A stretch of 64,000 nucleotides of DNA from Candidatus Marinacidobacterales bacterium (GCA_965226495.1 OZ245365.1:1664001-1728000); one strand, 5' to 3'. Numbered from the stretch's first letter, positions 38,301 through 48,249 are shown. A program made the numbers and translations. Notes: a model not told the origin generated them from the sequence alone.

Positions 38301-38675
38301 GACCTACAGGCGGTGGTGAAGGAGCTCGGTGACACGGAAGCACTGGAGTCCGGTGCCGAAGAGCTCGATGGAACCTTCGTGGTTTTGGAGGAAAAGCTCA
38401 CACAGATCAAAGCCACCGGGACCGGTCAGGATCGCGTCCGGTGGCCGTCGATGCTGGCGGGGAAGATCGCCTACTTGGCGAGCACCGTCGCCGTCGCCGA
38501 TTTTCCACCCACCGATCAACACCGCCAAGTGCACGAGGTTTTGAGGGGACGACTCCATCAGTACCAAGAGGAGTTAGAGACCCTCGTGAAGAATGAACTG
38601 GCTGCATTCAATAAGACGCTCGACGAACGCGAGCTGCCACGCATCGTGACCGGGCAGAAGCCGGAGACCGACTAA
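35391..38675 (+). CDS. secreted VPS10/BNR (Asp-box) repeat glycosyl-hydrolase-like protein 1
   Basis: Many S/T.DGG..W Asp-boxes, DHH, GTYGRGFWILDD; ATG 35391 after GGAGG. Confidence 0.88.
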   Translation: MSSPSRPFFLVTYFVTLLSLVVTTGAAAVQQVAPEQYESLSYRHIGPVGNRVSSVAGVAGDRMTYFAGAASGGVWKTTDGGLNWEPVFDDQPVHSIGSLAVAPSDPNVVWAGTGESFIRSNVSIGNGVWKSTDAGSNWEHRGLEGTGRIGRIVIHPTDPDIVYIAALGHGYSEQPERGVYRTLDGGKHWEKVLFVDEKTGASDLVMDPGNPRILIAGMWQIDIKTWGRESGGPGSGLFMSRDGGDNWTRLEGKGLPKLPVGKIAVCMSPESSDRIYALIETGDGVPWHGEDTESGELWRSDDGGENWELTTHNRDLAGRSAYYSRCAVSTNDADEVYFLSASYSRTKDGGKTAEKAERIGEGGFESPGWDHHDMWIDPTDAGRMIVGHDGGISISENRGKSWHRVQLPVAQMYHVTVDNQIPYYVYGNRQDGPSTRGPSNSRTGGGFFGGGIPRGMWHGVGGGESGFATPDPVDPNIVWSTASGAGAAGGIVVRYNELTRQFRQVEVWPEATFGWPAGGLKYRFQWTFPLLISPHDRDTVYVTSQFVHRTRNGGQSWEVISPDLTTNDESKQGISGGLTPDNIGVEYCCVLYAFEESPVRQGVLWTGSNDGLVHVSEDGGANWTNVTQNIPGLPDLGTVRNIDASKWDVGKAYLTVDFHQVGNFAPYVYKTEDLGKSWIKITNGIADGPLSYARNVREDPVRPGLLYLGTENALYVSFDDGGGWQPLKSNLPAAPMYWLVVQEHFNDLVVGTYGRGFWILDDITPLQQLTDEVTASDAHLFEPRPAYRFRPITPLMYTLTDASAGDDPPYGASISYWLAKAPEDAEDNDEDTEVKVKIKDAAGETIRELEGTKKAGINRIWWDLKGEESNEIKLRTKPLHADWVDLGDERWRKSGVDRIAVLVPPGEYTISLEVEGKEHSKDLEVRKDPHSEGTEADIREQTEMLVALREEMNQAAAAINRIEWIRRQLGDLQAVVKELGDTEALESGAEELDGTFVVLEEKLTQIKATGTGQDRVRWPSMLAGKIAYLASTVAVADFPPTDQHRQVHEVLRGRLHQYQEELETLVKNELAAFNKTLDERELPRIVTGQKPETD

Positions 38676-38677
38676 AG

Positions 38678-41600
38678 ATGTGTACGAAACGCGCCGTCCT
38701 TGTTGGGCTCCTGACGTTAACCGCGCCCGGGCTCGTCTCTGCTGAGACTTACTCTCCCGATCTCTTCTCGGGACTCAGCTATCGAATGATAGGCCCGTCG
38801 CGGGGAGGTCGCGTTACGGCCGTCGCCGGCCACAAGGACCAGCCGTCGACGTTCTACCTCGGAGCGTCTGGCGGTGGCGTCTTCAAGACCACCGACTACG
38901 GTCAGAATTGGTTGCCTGTTTCCGACGGCTACTTTGCCACAGGATCGATCGGAGCCATTCGCGTCGCGGATTCGGATCCGAACATCGTTTATGTTGCCAC
39001 CGGATCGGACGGTCTCAGAAGCAACGTCATCATTGGGAAGGGTGTTTACAAGTCGTCAGACGCCGGCGAGACATGGGAGCACGTCGGTCTCGAAGAGACG
39101 GGCAACAGCGGAGCTCTTTTGATTCACCCGGAGAACCCCGATCTCGTATACCTAGCGGCGATCGGAAATCCGTTCGCATCGAGTCCACAACGCGGTGTCT
39201 ACCGTACCAAGGACGGCGGGTCGACGTGGGAGAAAGTGCTCTTCGTGTCGGAGAAAACGGGAGCCGTCGATCTGGAGTTCGCGCCGGATAACCCCCAAGA
39301 GATCTATGCCACGCTCTGGCGGGCAGAGCGGAAGCCGTGGACGATCATCAGTGGTGGGGAGGAGGGTGGTGTCTACAAGTCCTCGGATGGCGGCGATACT
39401 TGGTCCGAGCTGACGAACGGTTTGCCGCAGGGCCTTCGCGGTAAGGCCGACCTCGCCGTGTCTGCGGGAGACCCCGATCGCGTTTACGTGCTCATCGAGG
39501 CTCCCGACGAAGAAGGCGGGGTTTACCGGTCGGACGATCGAGGTGCGACCTGGGAGCAAGTGACGGACTATCAACCCATCCGCAATCGACCCTTCTATTA
39601 CTGCAACCTCGAGGCGCATCCCAGGAACCCCGACACTTTGTGGGGCATGGCGGAAGGCCATTGGAAATCTGAGGACGGAGGGAAGACTTGGGAGAGTCGC
39701 CCCGTGCCTCACGGTGACAATCACGATATGTGGATCAATCCCGATCTTCCGCACATCTTTATCCAGTCGAACGATGGCGGCGCGAACATCACGCTCGACG
39801 GAGGCGAGACGTGGTCGACCCAATTGAATCAGCCTACTGCGGAGCTCTACCAAGTCGACATCAGCGACGAGTTCCCTTATCGGCTCTTTGCGGGACAGCA
39901 GGACAACAGCACGATTTCACTTCCGAGTCTTCCGCCGCGCTACATGCCCGGAGGGCACACGTCTTTATGGGAAGCTCACGGCGGGTGTGAGACCGGCCCG
40001 GTGGTGCCGAAACCGGGAGATCCCGACATCGTCTATGCGAACTGCAAGGGACGCTTCGGAGTCTTCAATCGCCGGACCGGCCAAGAGCAACATAACTACG
40101 TCGGCTTCTGGAACCTCTATGGACACAATCCCCAGGACCTTGCGTTCCGGTTTCAGCGAGTGTCGCCGATTCATGCGTCGCCCCACGACCCGAGCCGCGT
40201 CTATCACACCTCGCAGTTCGTCCACGTGACCGAGGATGGGGGACGATCGTGGGAGACCATCTCCCCGGATCTCACCGCCTTCGATCCGGAGACGCAGGTC
40301 GTGTCAGGTAGTCCGATCACGCGCGACGTTACCGGTGAGGAACACTTCAGCGTCATCTATGAAATTCAAGAGTCGCCACACGAGCGGGGCGTCATCTGGG
40401 TTGGGGCCAACGACGGGCCGATTCACGTCACGAGGGACAACGGGAAGAATTGGGAGAACGTGACCCCTCGCGAGCTCGGGCCTTTCGGGCGCGTGCAGAA
40501 TATCGAGGTATCACCCCACGATCCGGCGAAGGCCTATGCCACGATCTTGCGCTACCAACTCGGAGATTTCGCACCCTATGTGTTCAAGACCGAGGATTAT
40601 GGGAAGAGCTGGACGCGGATCACGACGGGCGACAACGGTGTTCCAGATGATTACCCCGTTCGGGTGGTGAGAGAGGACCCCGATCGGAAGGGACTGCTCT
40701 ACGCGGGCACCGAGTTCGGCATGTTCATCTCGTTCGACGATGGGGGGGAGTGGCAACCTTTGCAACTCAACCTTCCGGTCACGCCGGTGACCGACATCAA
40801 GGTTGTCGACCAAGACCTGGTGTTGTCGACCATGGGTAGGGGTTTTTGGATCCTGTACGACCTGGCGCCGTTTCACGAAATGAACGCCGAGACGGCGAAG
40901 GCGAACCATCTCTTCCAAGTGAAACCTCCTTATCGCATGCACGCCACGCGCGGGTTTGGTGGTGACCGGGCGTCCCATGAGCCTCACTACCCGAGCCCGG
41001 GCGCCAACATCGACTACTACTTGGAGAGCGAGCCTTCCAGCGAACTGCGGCTCGAAATCCTCGACCGCGACGGAAACGTTGTCCGTATATTTTCCAGCGA
41101 GGATCTGGGAGAGAAGAACCTTCTCCCGAAAGAAGCAAGCATGCGGGATTGGAGTCTCGAGATTGTCGGGACCCCCAAGCTCTCCAGTGACGCTGGCATG
41201 CATCGCTTCCTGTGGGACCTACGTTATGCGGGGCCGTGGCATGAAGAGACGGAACGTTCCGGCCGCAAGGGATCGTTAGCGGCACCAGGAACCTATCGTG
41301 CCCGCCTGTCGGCGGGGGATTGGAGCCGGACGGTGTCCTTCGAAGTGAAGATGGATCCGCGTGTCGCGCGAGAAGGGGAGGTCAGCGAGGCGGACGTGGT
41401 GGCTCAGGTTGAGCTAGCGCTCGAGGTTCGCGACGCACTCAGCGACGCCCGGCTCGCCGCGGCCAATCTTGAACGGGCGATCGAGGAAGCGACCGACGAC
41501 GAGAAGGGGGCCCTGGTCGCTATCAAGGACGAGCTCGTCACCGCTCCCATCCGTTATTCGCAGCCGATGCTCGTGGACCAACTGTCCTACCTATACGAGA

Positions 41601-41719
41601 ACTTGCAGCGCGCCGATCAGCGACCGAGTCGTGATGCCATCGATCGGTGGGGGAAGCTGAACGAAGAGCTTCAGTCGCTACTCAGCAGGCTCGAGCAGGC
41701 CACAGGGACGACCGACTAG
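38678..41719 (+). CDS. secreted VPS10/BNR (Asp-box) repeat glycosyl-hydrolase-like protein 2
   Basis: IGPSRGGRV, Asp-boxes, HGDNH, STMGRGFWIL. Confidence 0.88.
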   Translation: MCTKRAVLVGLLTLTAPGLVSAETYSPDLFSGLSYRMIGPSRGGRVTAVAGHKDQPSTFYLGASGGGVFKTTDYGQNWLPVSDGYFATGSIGAIRVADSDPNIVYVATGSDGLRSNVIIGKGVYKSSDAGETWEHVGLEETGNSGALLIHPENPDLVYLAAIGNPFASSPQRGVYRTKDGGSTWEKVLFVSEKTGAVDLEFAPDNPQEIYATLWRAERKPWTIISGGEEGGVYKSSDGGDTWSELTNGLPQGLRGKADLAVSAGDPDRVYVLIEAPDEEGGVYRSDDRGATWEQVTDYQPIRNRPFYYCNLEAHPRNPDTLWGMAEGHWKSEDGGKTWESRPVPHGDNHDMWINPDLPHIFIQSNDGGANITLDGGETWSTQLNQPTAELYQVDISDEFPYRLFAGQQDNSTISLPSLPPRYMPGGHTSLWEAHGGCETGPVVPKPGDPDIVYANCKGRFGVFNRRTGQEQHNYVGFWNLYGHNPQDLAFRFQRVSPIHASPHDPSRVYHTSQFVHVTEDGGRSWETISPDLTAFDPETQVVSGSPITRDVTGEEHFSVIYEIQESPHERGVIWVGANDGPIHVTRDNGKNWENVTPRELGPFGRVQNIEVSPHDPAKAYATILRYQLGDFAPYVFKTEDYGKSWTRITTGDNGVPDDYPVRVVREDPDRKGLLYAGTEFGMFISFDDGGEWQPLQLNLPVTPVTDIKVVDQDLVLSTMGRGFWILYDLAPFHEMNAETAKANHLFQVKPPYRMHATRGFGGDRASHEPHYPSPGANIDYYLESEPSSELRLEILDRDGNVVRIFSSEDLGEKNLLPKEASMRDWSLEIVGTPKLSSDAGMHRFLWDLRYAGPWHEETERSGRKGSLAAPGTYRARLSAGDWSRTVSFEVKMDPRVAREGEVSEADVVAQVELALEVRDALSDARLAAANLERAIEEATDDEKGALVAIKDELVTAPIRYSQPMLVDQLSYLYENLQRADQRPSRDAIDRWGKLNEELQSLLSRLEQATGTTD

Positions 41720-42779
41720 GAAGAGCCCTTGATCTGCCGCAGGGTTTCCTCGGGAAGGTCCAGGGTACGGATCGGATAGGGGATGACGATGCCCTCCTTC
41801 TTGTAGCGCGCGTCGAGCTTCTTGATGAACTCGTGCTTGATCAAGTATTGCGCGGCGAACTCATTCGTCCGCATGATCACCGTGAAGTTGATGCTGGAGT
41901 TTCCGAACGTGTGGTAGCGAATCAAGGGCTGGAAAGATGGGACGCCACCTCATACAGTGTTCATGATTTCCTGGGCGACCTCACAGGTCACTTTTTCCAC
42001 TTCCTCCAAATCGCTGTCATAGTGAACACCGACCTGCACCGGCACCGACATTTCGTGTTCCGGCATGTAGTAGTTGGTGATGATGGTGGACACCATCTGA
42101 CTGTTGGGTACGACCACCATGTTGTTCGGAATCTGCCGAATCCTCGTGCTTCGCCAGCCTATGTCCTCGACGTAACCTTCCTGTCCCGACTCGAGCTTGA
42201 CGTAGTCGCCGACTCGCACCGGCTTGGACAACAAAACGAAGACGCCGGCGAAAAGGTTGGAGAGGGTGTCCTGAAGTCCTAGGGCGACCGCCAAACCACC
42301 CACACCAAGAGCCGCAACCAAGGGAGTGACGTCGATCCCCAGGATGCCGAGCGCCAGGGTTACACCGAGTGCAATAATGACAATCTTGAGAATAGTCTCG
42401 GTAAGTCCGGTTGCGGGCAGATCGATTTGCCCGAGTAATGTCGCACGATGTACGCCGCGACGTTCGCGAGAACCAGGCTGACCGAGACGGCGATCAGAGC
42501 ACCAAGGAGTTTGTGGGAGTACGAGATGATCTGCGGATTGAGCTGGGAAGTGCCCACGGCGATCTGGATGCCGACAACAGCGCACCAAAGCAGTGAGGGA
42601 CCTCGCGTGGACTTGATGGTCGCGTCATCGACACGCGTGACGGTTTTTCGAGCCCATCGAGCGAGCAAGCGATATACGAACCCGCGGATGCCCACGGCAA
42701 TAATGAAGACACCGACGAAAACGAAAAACGGAGTGGCGAAGGCGTCTGCGTTGTCTATGACATAATTGATGTACTCCAT
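41716..42779 (-). pseudogene. MscS-family mechanosensitive channel, disrupted by a frameshift (about 42427) and an in-frame TGA (41950-41952)
   Basis: GVGGLAVALGLQDTLSNLFAG, IGWRSTRIR, VPNS; three fragments join into one MscS. Confidence 0.85.
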
Positions 42780-42921
42780 GGCGTATCCTCTGTATCCTTT
42801 GTGTCCGAGGGGCGCTAATATATAGCTCGATACACGAGCCGTCAACGTGCCGAGGCGGAGGACGGAGGGACGTCTTAAGGGTGAACCGCCCGGTAAGGGG
42901 GCCGGGCCGAGAGGAATAGCG

Positions 42922-43356
42922 ATGGCACAGGCGATGGGAGACTACTTGGAGTTCCTCAATGAGCAGGTGAAGGACTACCATGGGGAATATCAGGATATCA
43001 TCGCCACGGTTCCAGTCTACTTCGCCCTATTGACCGGCGTGCTGGACGATTCACGTTTCCCCGCCGAACTGAGATCCGTCGTCAACTCGGCACTCGCGTA
43101 CTTCATCTCTCCTTTTGACTTCGGAGAGGATGAGGCGGTGGGTGCAGAGGGATACGTGGACGATGTTTACGTGTGCTCCCTAGCCGTCCTGAAGCTGAGA
43201 GAGGCGTTAGATGACCATGCGGTTATTCTCGATCATTGGGATGGGGAAGAGGATCCGTTCTTGCTTTCGCAAAGAATAATCGAAGCGCTCACCGAGGAAC
43301 TGGGCGACGGCTCGATTCAACTCATTCGGCAGTATACGGGCCTCGATGAAGTCTAG
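42922..43356 (+). CDS. DUF1232 (YkvA-like) protein
   Basis: ALAYFISPFD..E...G..GYVDD. Confidence 0.75.
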   Translation: MAQAMGDYLEFLNEQVKDYHGEYQDIIATVPVYFALLTGVLDDSRFPAELRSVVNSALAYFISPFDFGEDEAVGAEGYVDDVYVCSLAVLKLREALDDHAVILDHWDGEEDPFLLSQRIIEALTEELGDGSIQLIRQYTGLDEV

Positions 43357-43392
43357 TTGAGAGAGAGACATTTACGGCAGAGGACCACACCC

Positions 43393-44115
43393 ATGACGGA
43401 GAAGACGAAGGCCAGAGTAGACATCCAAGAGCATGGCATGGATCGGGATGGCACCAAGACCTCTACCGACCGCCGACTCTTCATGCAGCTTCAGGTGTTT
43501 GGCGAGTGCACCGACAAGAAGGCCCTCGTTCAAGAGCTCGAGCGTCAGTCTGTCGAGGGAGTCGTCTACCAAGATGTCAACGATCCACGTGGTGTCGGCA
43601 TTTTGACAATGGGCGAGGACCCCACTTTCTTCGCGACCAAAGCAGCAGAGCTATTCAATTCACCGCCTTTCGAATTACTTCCCATGAAGTCGGAGTTCAC
43701 GATGTTTGGGCGCTCCTACTCGTCCGGTTACGAGCCCAACCTCGAGGACTGGCTCGTCTCGAAGCCCCGGAAGACTGCTCTCAATCCCGACTGGCCGTGG
43801 GCAATCTGGTACCCTCTTCGCCGCAAGGGCGAGTTCGCCGCGCTTCCTGCGGAGGAACAAAAGGGCATTCTTAGAGAGCACGGCATGATCGGACGCAGTT
43901 ATGCCGAGGACGATTTGGCCCACGACATCCGGTTGGCCTGCCACGGAATCGATACCAACGACAACGAGTTCTTGATTGGCCTGGTGGGTAAGGATCTGTT
44001 CCCACTATCCCACCTCGTTCAAAGAATGAGGAAGACCCAACAAACCTCGAAGTACATCCAATCGATGGGCCCGTTCTTTGTTGGGCATGTGGTGTGGCAG
44101 AGCGCGCTAGGCTAA
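43393..44115 (+). CDS. chlorite dismutase family protein (probable coproheme decarboxylase, ChdC/HemQ-like)
   Basis: WYPLRR..F..L..EEQ..ILREHGMIGRSY, L..LVQRMR, GPFFVG. Confidence 0.8.
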   Translation: MTEKTKARVDIQEHGMDRDGTKTSTDRRLFMQLQVFGECTDKKALVQELERQSVEGVVYQDVNDPRGVGILTMGEDPTFFATKAAELFNSPPFELLPMKSEFTMFGRSYSSGYEPNLEDWLVSKPRKTALNPDWPWAIWYPLRRKGEFAALPAEEQKGILREHGMIGRSYAEDDLAHDIRLACHGIDTNDNEFLIGLVGKDLFPLSHLVQRMRKTQQTSKYIQSMGPFFVGHVVWQSALG

Positions 44116-44286
44116 CGGCCCGTTCGGGCCGCCGGCCGGGAGGAATGCGCTCACGAATTTCACTGCGCAGGGAACCCGGCCGATAAAAAGGGGCCGAGCG
44201 AAGAGCGAGGCCCGCGAGCGAGGCGGAGCCTTCAGCCGCCGCGCCGCGAGGAGCGGCGAGGCATTACTTGAAGAGCCGAGCGAGCA
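44116..44286. repeat. GC-rich hairpin / REP-like intergenic element
   Basis: CGGCCCG-TT-CGGGCCG; CGGCCGGG...CCCGGCCG; GAGCGA motifs shared with 29172-29270. Confidence 0.45.
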
Positions 44287-44307
44287 CTAACACCCAAGGA
44301 GCCTGAC

Positions 44308-44799
44308 CTGCAAGAAAAACTCCCCGCCCATGAGTACCTTGACGAAAACAAGATCCCTTACCAGAGGCTCGAGTTTCCGTCTTCCACAGAGAAAGGCGCA
44401 GCGCAGGTAGCCGAGGCCCTCGGTTACAAAGCCAGCCAGATGGTCAAGACGCTGGTGTTCGAGAGCGACAAGGGAGAGCGCGTCTTGGTCATGGTGGGCG
44501 GCGATCAAAACGCCGTATCTGGATACCTCAAGAAGGCGATCGGGTCGCGCAACATCAAGCTCGCCAGCCTGGAAGCGGTCAAGGAAACGACCGGTTACGA
44601 GGTGGGCTCGGTGCCGCCGTTTCACTGGCAGCCAGAAGGTTTTCGCTCGTTCGTCGACGCCTCGCTCATGGAAGAAGCCGTCTTGGGCGTCGGCGCGGGG
44701 GTGTGGGGCCACGAAATCCTGATCGCGCCACGAGACCTTGTTGCAGCGAGTCGAGCCGCCGTCGTCAATCTGACCGACCGCAACAAGCCGTTTGAGTAA
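44308..44799 (+). CDS. YbaK/EbsC-family aminoacyl-tRNA deacylase, probable CTG start
   Basis: VKTLV, TGYEVGSVPP, VGAG; conserved N-terminus (PAHEYLDENKIPY) in frame upstream of the first ATG; AAGGAG-N6-CTG. Confidence 0.8.
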   Translation: MQEKLPAHEYLDENKIPYQRLEFPSSTEKGAAQVAEALGYKASQMVKTLVFESDKGERVLVMVGGDQNAVSGYLKKAIGSRNIKLASLEAVKETTGYEVGSVPPFHWQPEGFRSFVDASLMEEAVLGVGAGVWGHEILIAPRDLVAASRAAVVNLTDRNKPFE

Positions 44800-44804
44800 C
44801 CAGG

Positions 44805-45785
44805 ATGTTTCTCCTTCTTTGGCTGTTGCTCACATTTCAGGAGACGGAAGTCTGGCTCTGTCCCGTGCATCGCGACGTGCAGTCCGTGGAATCCGGCCAG
44901 TGCAACATTTGCGAACGAGAGCTTGAAAAACGCAGGTTCGTTCCCGCTTGGTCTTGCCCGATGCACAGTGAAGTGATCGGTGAGGAAGGGGAGACCTGCT
45001 CGATCTGCAACATGGACCTGGCGCGCACGACTCAAGAGATTCAATGGCGGTGTCCAAGGCATCCAGACGTGAGTCAATCGGAGCCCGGTAACTGTCCGAT
45101 CGGAGGACGCCCCCTCGACAGAGGGGCAGTCGCGATGCCACACGGCGATCACAATCCCCGACATGGTGGCATTCTCTTTATGGCTCCGAACGGATTCAAT
45201 CACTTAGAGGGAACCTTGTCGGACGCCGGGATCTTCGAGTTCTACCTCTATGATGACTTCACGCGGCCCATCGACGCCGGGCGGGTCAAAGCCCGCATTG
45301 GAGATCGATTCTTGACACCTGCCAGCGAGGGAGAGCATGGGCAGTTGAGTCTCGAGGGACCGATCGACTTTCCGGTCGAAATGACCCTCTTTGTGCGGTT
45401 CGAGAATTCAGATAAAGAAGACCGGTTCGATTTCATCTTCGCCGACGCGCGCGCCGCCATCAGCCCAGACGTATCTCCATTCGTGCTCCCAGAGGGGGCG
45501 GAGCGGATCGCCCAAGAGATTTTTCGCCGCGACACGCGGATCCAGGATTTGATGCGAGTCGGGGGCTGGACCGACCTTTATATACCAGCGATGGAGGCCA
45601 AAGAGCTGGCTTTGGCTCTCGGCGCCCAGGAGGGCGAAGCGGTCGATCTTCCCGTCAAAAAAATCGTGCGCGCCGCCTGGCTATTGGATATGTACGGTGA
45701 TTTGGGCAATCGCCTGAAAATCGAGTCGGCGTACGGGCTTTTCGAAGAGGGGATGCGCGAGCTTGAACGGATTCATGCGCGTTAG
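44805..45785 (+). CDS. secreted protein with three heavy-metal-binding (CPxH) repeats
   Basis: CPVH..C..C, CPMH..C..C, CPRH..CP; HGDHNPRHGG. Confidence 0.75.
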   Translation: MFLLLWLLLTFQETEVWLCPVHRDVQSVESGQCNICERELEKRRFVPAWSCPMHSEVIGEEGETCSICNMDLARTTQEIQWRCPRHPDVSQSEPGNCPIGGRPLDRGAVAMPHGDHNPRHGGILFMAPNGFNHLEGTLSDAGIFEFYLYDDFTRPIDAGRVKARIGDRFLTPASEGEHGQLSLEGPIDFPVEMTLFVRFENSDKEDRFDFIFADARAAISPDVSPFVLPEGAERIAQEIFRRDTRIQDLMRVGGWTDLYIPAMEAKELALALGAQEGEAVDLPVKKIVRAAWLLDMYGDLGNRLKIESAYGLFEEGMRELERIHAR

Positions 45786-46833
45786 GACCCTGGGCGCCAT
45801 CGCTTCCGCGCTAGGCTCCGCGGCGCTGTTGCTGGCTCACGAGGTGGAGCCCTCGAGGTTCACGTACGAGAGAGACGTTCTCCCCATCCTCGAGAAGCAT
45901 TGCGGTGACTGCCATCGCGGCGGCGGGATAGCTCCCATGTCGTTACTCAGCTATCAGCAGGCGTTCCCATGGGCATCATCTATTAAGACGGAGGTCCTCG
46001 AGGGGCGGATGCCCCCTTGGCTTCCTGAGGATGGGTATGGCGAGTTTCGCAACGCCCGCACTCTGACCGCCGAAGAGATCGATACGCTGGTCGATTGGGC
46101 GAGCGGAGGAACGCCGGAGGGCCAACCGGTGAAACGAGAGACAGCCCCGTCCGAGGTTGGTGCGGAGACAAAACATGGCGCGCCGGACTTAGTCTTGGAG
46201 CCGGAAGGCGCGATTACGGTCGGAGCCGATGAGTTCGAAAAAAATGTATGTCTTGTCCTACCGACGCAGTTCTCCGAGGCGCGCCGAGTTGCCGCTTTCG
46301 AGTTCCAACCCGACAACATCGCGATGGTACACGACGTGACGATCCGCATGGGAGACCGTTGTGACGCGGGAACGCGGCCAGTGGCAACATGGCTTCCCGG
46401 TCAACGTCTGTCCGTCTTACCCGGCGCTCCAGCGGAAGAGTTGCCCGCCGGTGCCAGGCTGGCGGTCGACATCCACTACCGCAAGACCTGGCGCGACGAC
46501 GGCAAGGCGATGACCGACAAGAGTCGACTGGGTCTTTACTTCGAGCCGGATGCCGCCACGGTGAGATCTCTGAAAATGGACGGAAAGGACTATGAGTTGC
46601 CGACCGACTTCATGGTCCTTGCGGTCTATGCCTCACCACCCGCCGCCGGTTCGTTCGAGCTCGAGGCACGCTACCCCGACGGACATCGCACGCCGCTCAT
46701 TAGGATCCGCGCGTTCGATCCCGCCTGGAACGCGAAATATATTTTTGTGCACCCCCTGCGGCTTCCGCGGGGGAGTGTTCTTCGCGCGTCCTCACCGGCC
46801 GCCTGGGTCGACTACATTCCCGCCTCCGACTGA
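45775..46833 (+). CDS. cytochrome c (CxxCH) fused to a copper-monooxygenase-like fold
   Basis: CGDCH, APMSL, RMPPW, W..GGTPEG, PDLVL, IHY, LGLYF. Confidence 0.7.
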   Translation: MRVRTLGAIASALGSAALLLAHEVEPSRFTYERDVLPILEKHCGDCHRGGGIAPMSLLSYQQAFPWASSIKTEVLEGRMPPWLPEDGYGEFRNARTLTAEEIDTLVDWASGGTPEGQPVKRETAPSEVGAETKHGAPDLVLEPEGAITVGADEFEKNVCLVLPTQFSEARRVAAFEFQPDNIAMVHDVTIRMGDRCDAGTRPVATWLPGQRLSVLPGAPAEELPAGARLAVDIHYRKTWRDDGKAMTDKSRLGLYFEPDAATVRSLKMDGKDYELPTDFMVLAVYASPPAAGSFELEARYPDGHRTPLIRIRAFDPAWNAKYIFVHPLRLPRGSVLRASSPAAWVDYIPASD

Positions 46834-46846
46834 GGAGTGTCTCCAA

Positions 46847-47587
46847 ATGATCGAAAAGTGTAAGCCGGAAGACATCCCCTTCCTCACGACTGAACAGATG
46901 ATAGAGGTCGATCGAGCGATGATCGAAGATTTCAAGATCGAGCTCATCCAAATGATGGAGAACGCCGGGCGCAACTTAGCGAGCCTGGCACGGGAGCGAT
47001 TCCTGGACGGGGAGCCTATTGGCAAACGAGTCGTCGTACTGGCGGGTACCGGTGGGAACGGAGGTGGGGTGTTGGTGGCGGCGCGCCGACTTCACAACTG
47101 GGGAGCGCATGTTCATATCTTCGCGACCAAACCGGCGTCGGACTTCACTCCCGTCCCCGCACACCAGCTCGACATTCTTGCGCGCATGAAGGTCACGGTG
47201 AGCCAGGCGGCGAGTGTTGTCGAAGAGCGGCCGCCCGATGTCATCCTTGACGGTGTCATCGGTTACAGCCTGAAGGGCGCTCCGCGAGGCTCGGCGAGTG
47301 ATCTGATTCGTTGGGCAAACGCGCAGGAAGCCCCGATTCTGGCACTGGACGCTCCCTCCGGCGTCGATACGTCGACCGGTAGGGTTTTCGATCCAGCTAT
47401 TCGAGCAACGGCCACCATGACGCTCGCCCTTCCCAAAGAGGGTCTCCGGGCGCCCGACGTCGAGGAACGTGTCGGGGAGCTCTACCTTGCAGACATCAGC
47501 GTCCCGCCCGGTCTCTACGCCGAGCCCGTGCTCGGACTCGACGTGGGACCGTTGTTCGCCCAGAGCGACGTCATCCGCGTGCGCTAA
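46847..47587 (+). CDS. nnrE: NAD(P)H-hydrate epimerase (stand-alone YjeF_N)
   Basis: MMENAG, GTGGNGG, DAPSG, TMTLALPK, ADISVP. Confidence 0.85.
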   Translation: MIEKCKPEDIPFLTTEQMIEVDRAMIEDFKIELIQMMENAGRNLASLARERFLDGEPIGKRVVVLAGTGGNGGGVLVAARRLHNWGAHVHIFATKPASDFTPVPAHQLDILARMKVTVSQAASVVEERPPDVILDGVIGYSLKGAPRGSASDLIRWANAQEAPILALDAPSGVDTSTGRVFDPAIRATATMTLALPKEGLRAPDVEERVGELYLADISVPPGLYAEPVLGLDVGPLFAQSDVIRVR

Positions 47588-47694
47588 TAACTGTTGGCTT
47601 CCATTTCGCAGGGGTTGGGATGCTGGTTTTAGTCCTCGAGTATTTATTGTAGCCTTTCGGCGCTGGCGCTAGTCCAAGCGCCGAAGGAGGTTCC

Positions 47695-48249
47695 ATGGTT
47701 ACGATCGGTTCTCTTTGGATCCCCATCCTCGTCTCCGCCATCATCGTTTGGTTCGCCAGTTTTCTCGTTTGGGTCGTTCTGCCGCACCACAAATCCGAGT
47801 ACAAGGGCGTCCCGGACGAAGATGCCACGGTCAAGTCATTGGGCGATATCCCGCCCGGTCTGTACAACCTTCCTCACCTTACAGCCATGGAAGACGTCAA
47901 GAAGCCGGAAGTCATCAAGAGGTTCGAGGGAGGACCGACCGGTTTTCTCACCGTCGTCCCGAGAGGCGTGCCCAACATGGGGAAGAGCATGGTGCTGTCG
48001 TTCCTCTACTACCTGGCAGTCGGTGTTGTCGTCGCCTATATCGCTGGTCGGACTCTGAGCTCGGCGACCCCTTATCTCAAGGTGTTCCAGATCGCGGGCA
48101 CCGTCGCATGGCTCGCTCATGGGTGGGGAGTCATGACCGATGGTATTTGGTTCGGACGACCGTGGGGCGCCATCGCGAAACACTTAGTCGATACGCTCGC
48201 CTACGGATTGCTCACCGGCGGAGTGTTCGGCTGGCTCTGGCCGAGGTAG
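47695..48249 (+). CDS. conserved hypothetical membrane protein
   Basis: Four TM segments, LPHHKS, PPGLY, IWFGRPW, WLWP. Confidence 0.75.
   Translation: MVTIGSLWIPILVSAIIVWFASFLVWVVLPHHKSEYKGVPDEDATVKSLGDIPPGLYNLPHLTAMEDVKKPEVIKRFEGGPTGFLTVVPRGVPNMGKSMVLSFLYYLAVGVVVAYIAGRTLSSATPYLKVFQIAGTVAWLAHGWGVMTDGIWFGRPWGAIAKHLVDTLAYGLLTGGVFGWLWPR

Noticed and set aside
41950-41952. In-frame TGA as selenocysteine or recoding
   Set aside because: Not a Cys-type position in MscS, the gene is also frameshifted, and TGA is an ordinary stop elsewhere in the window.
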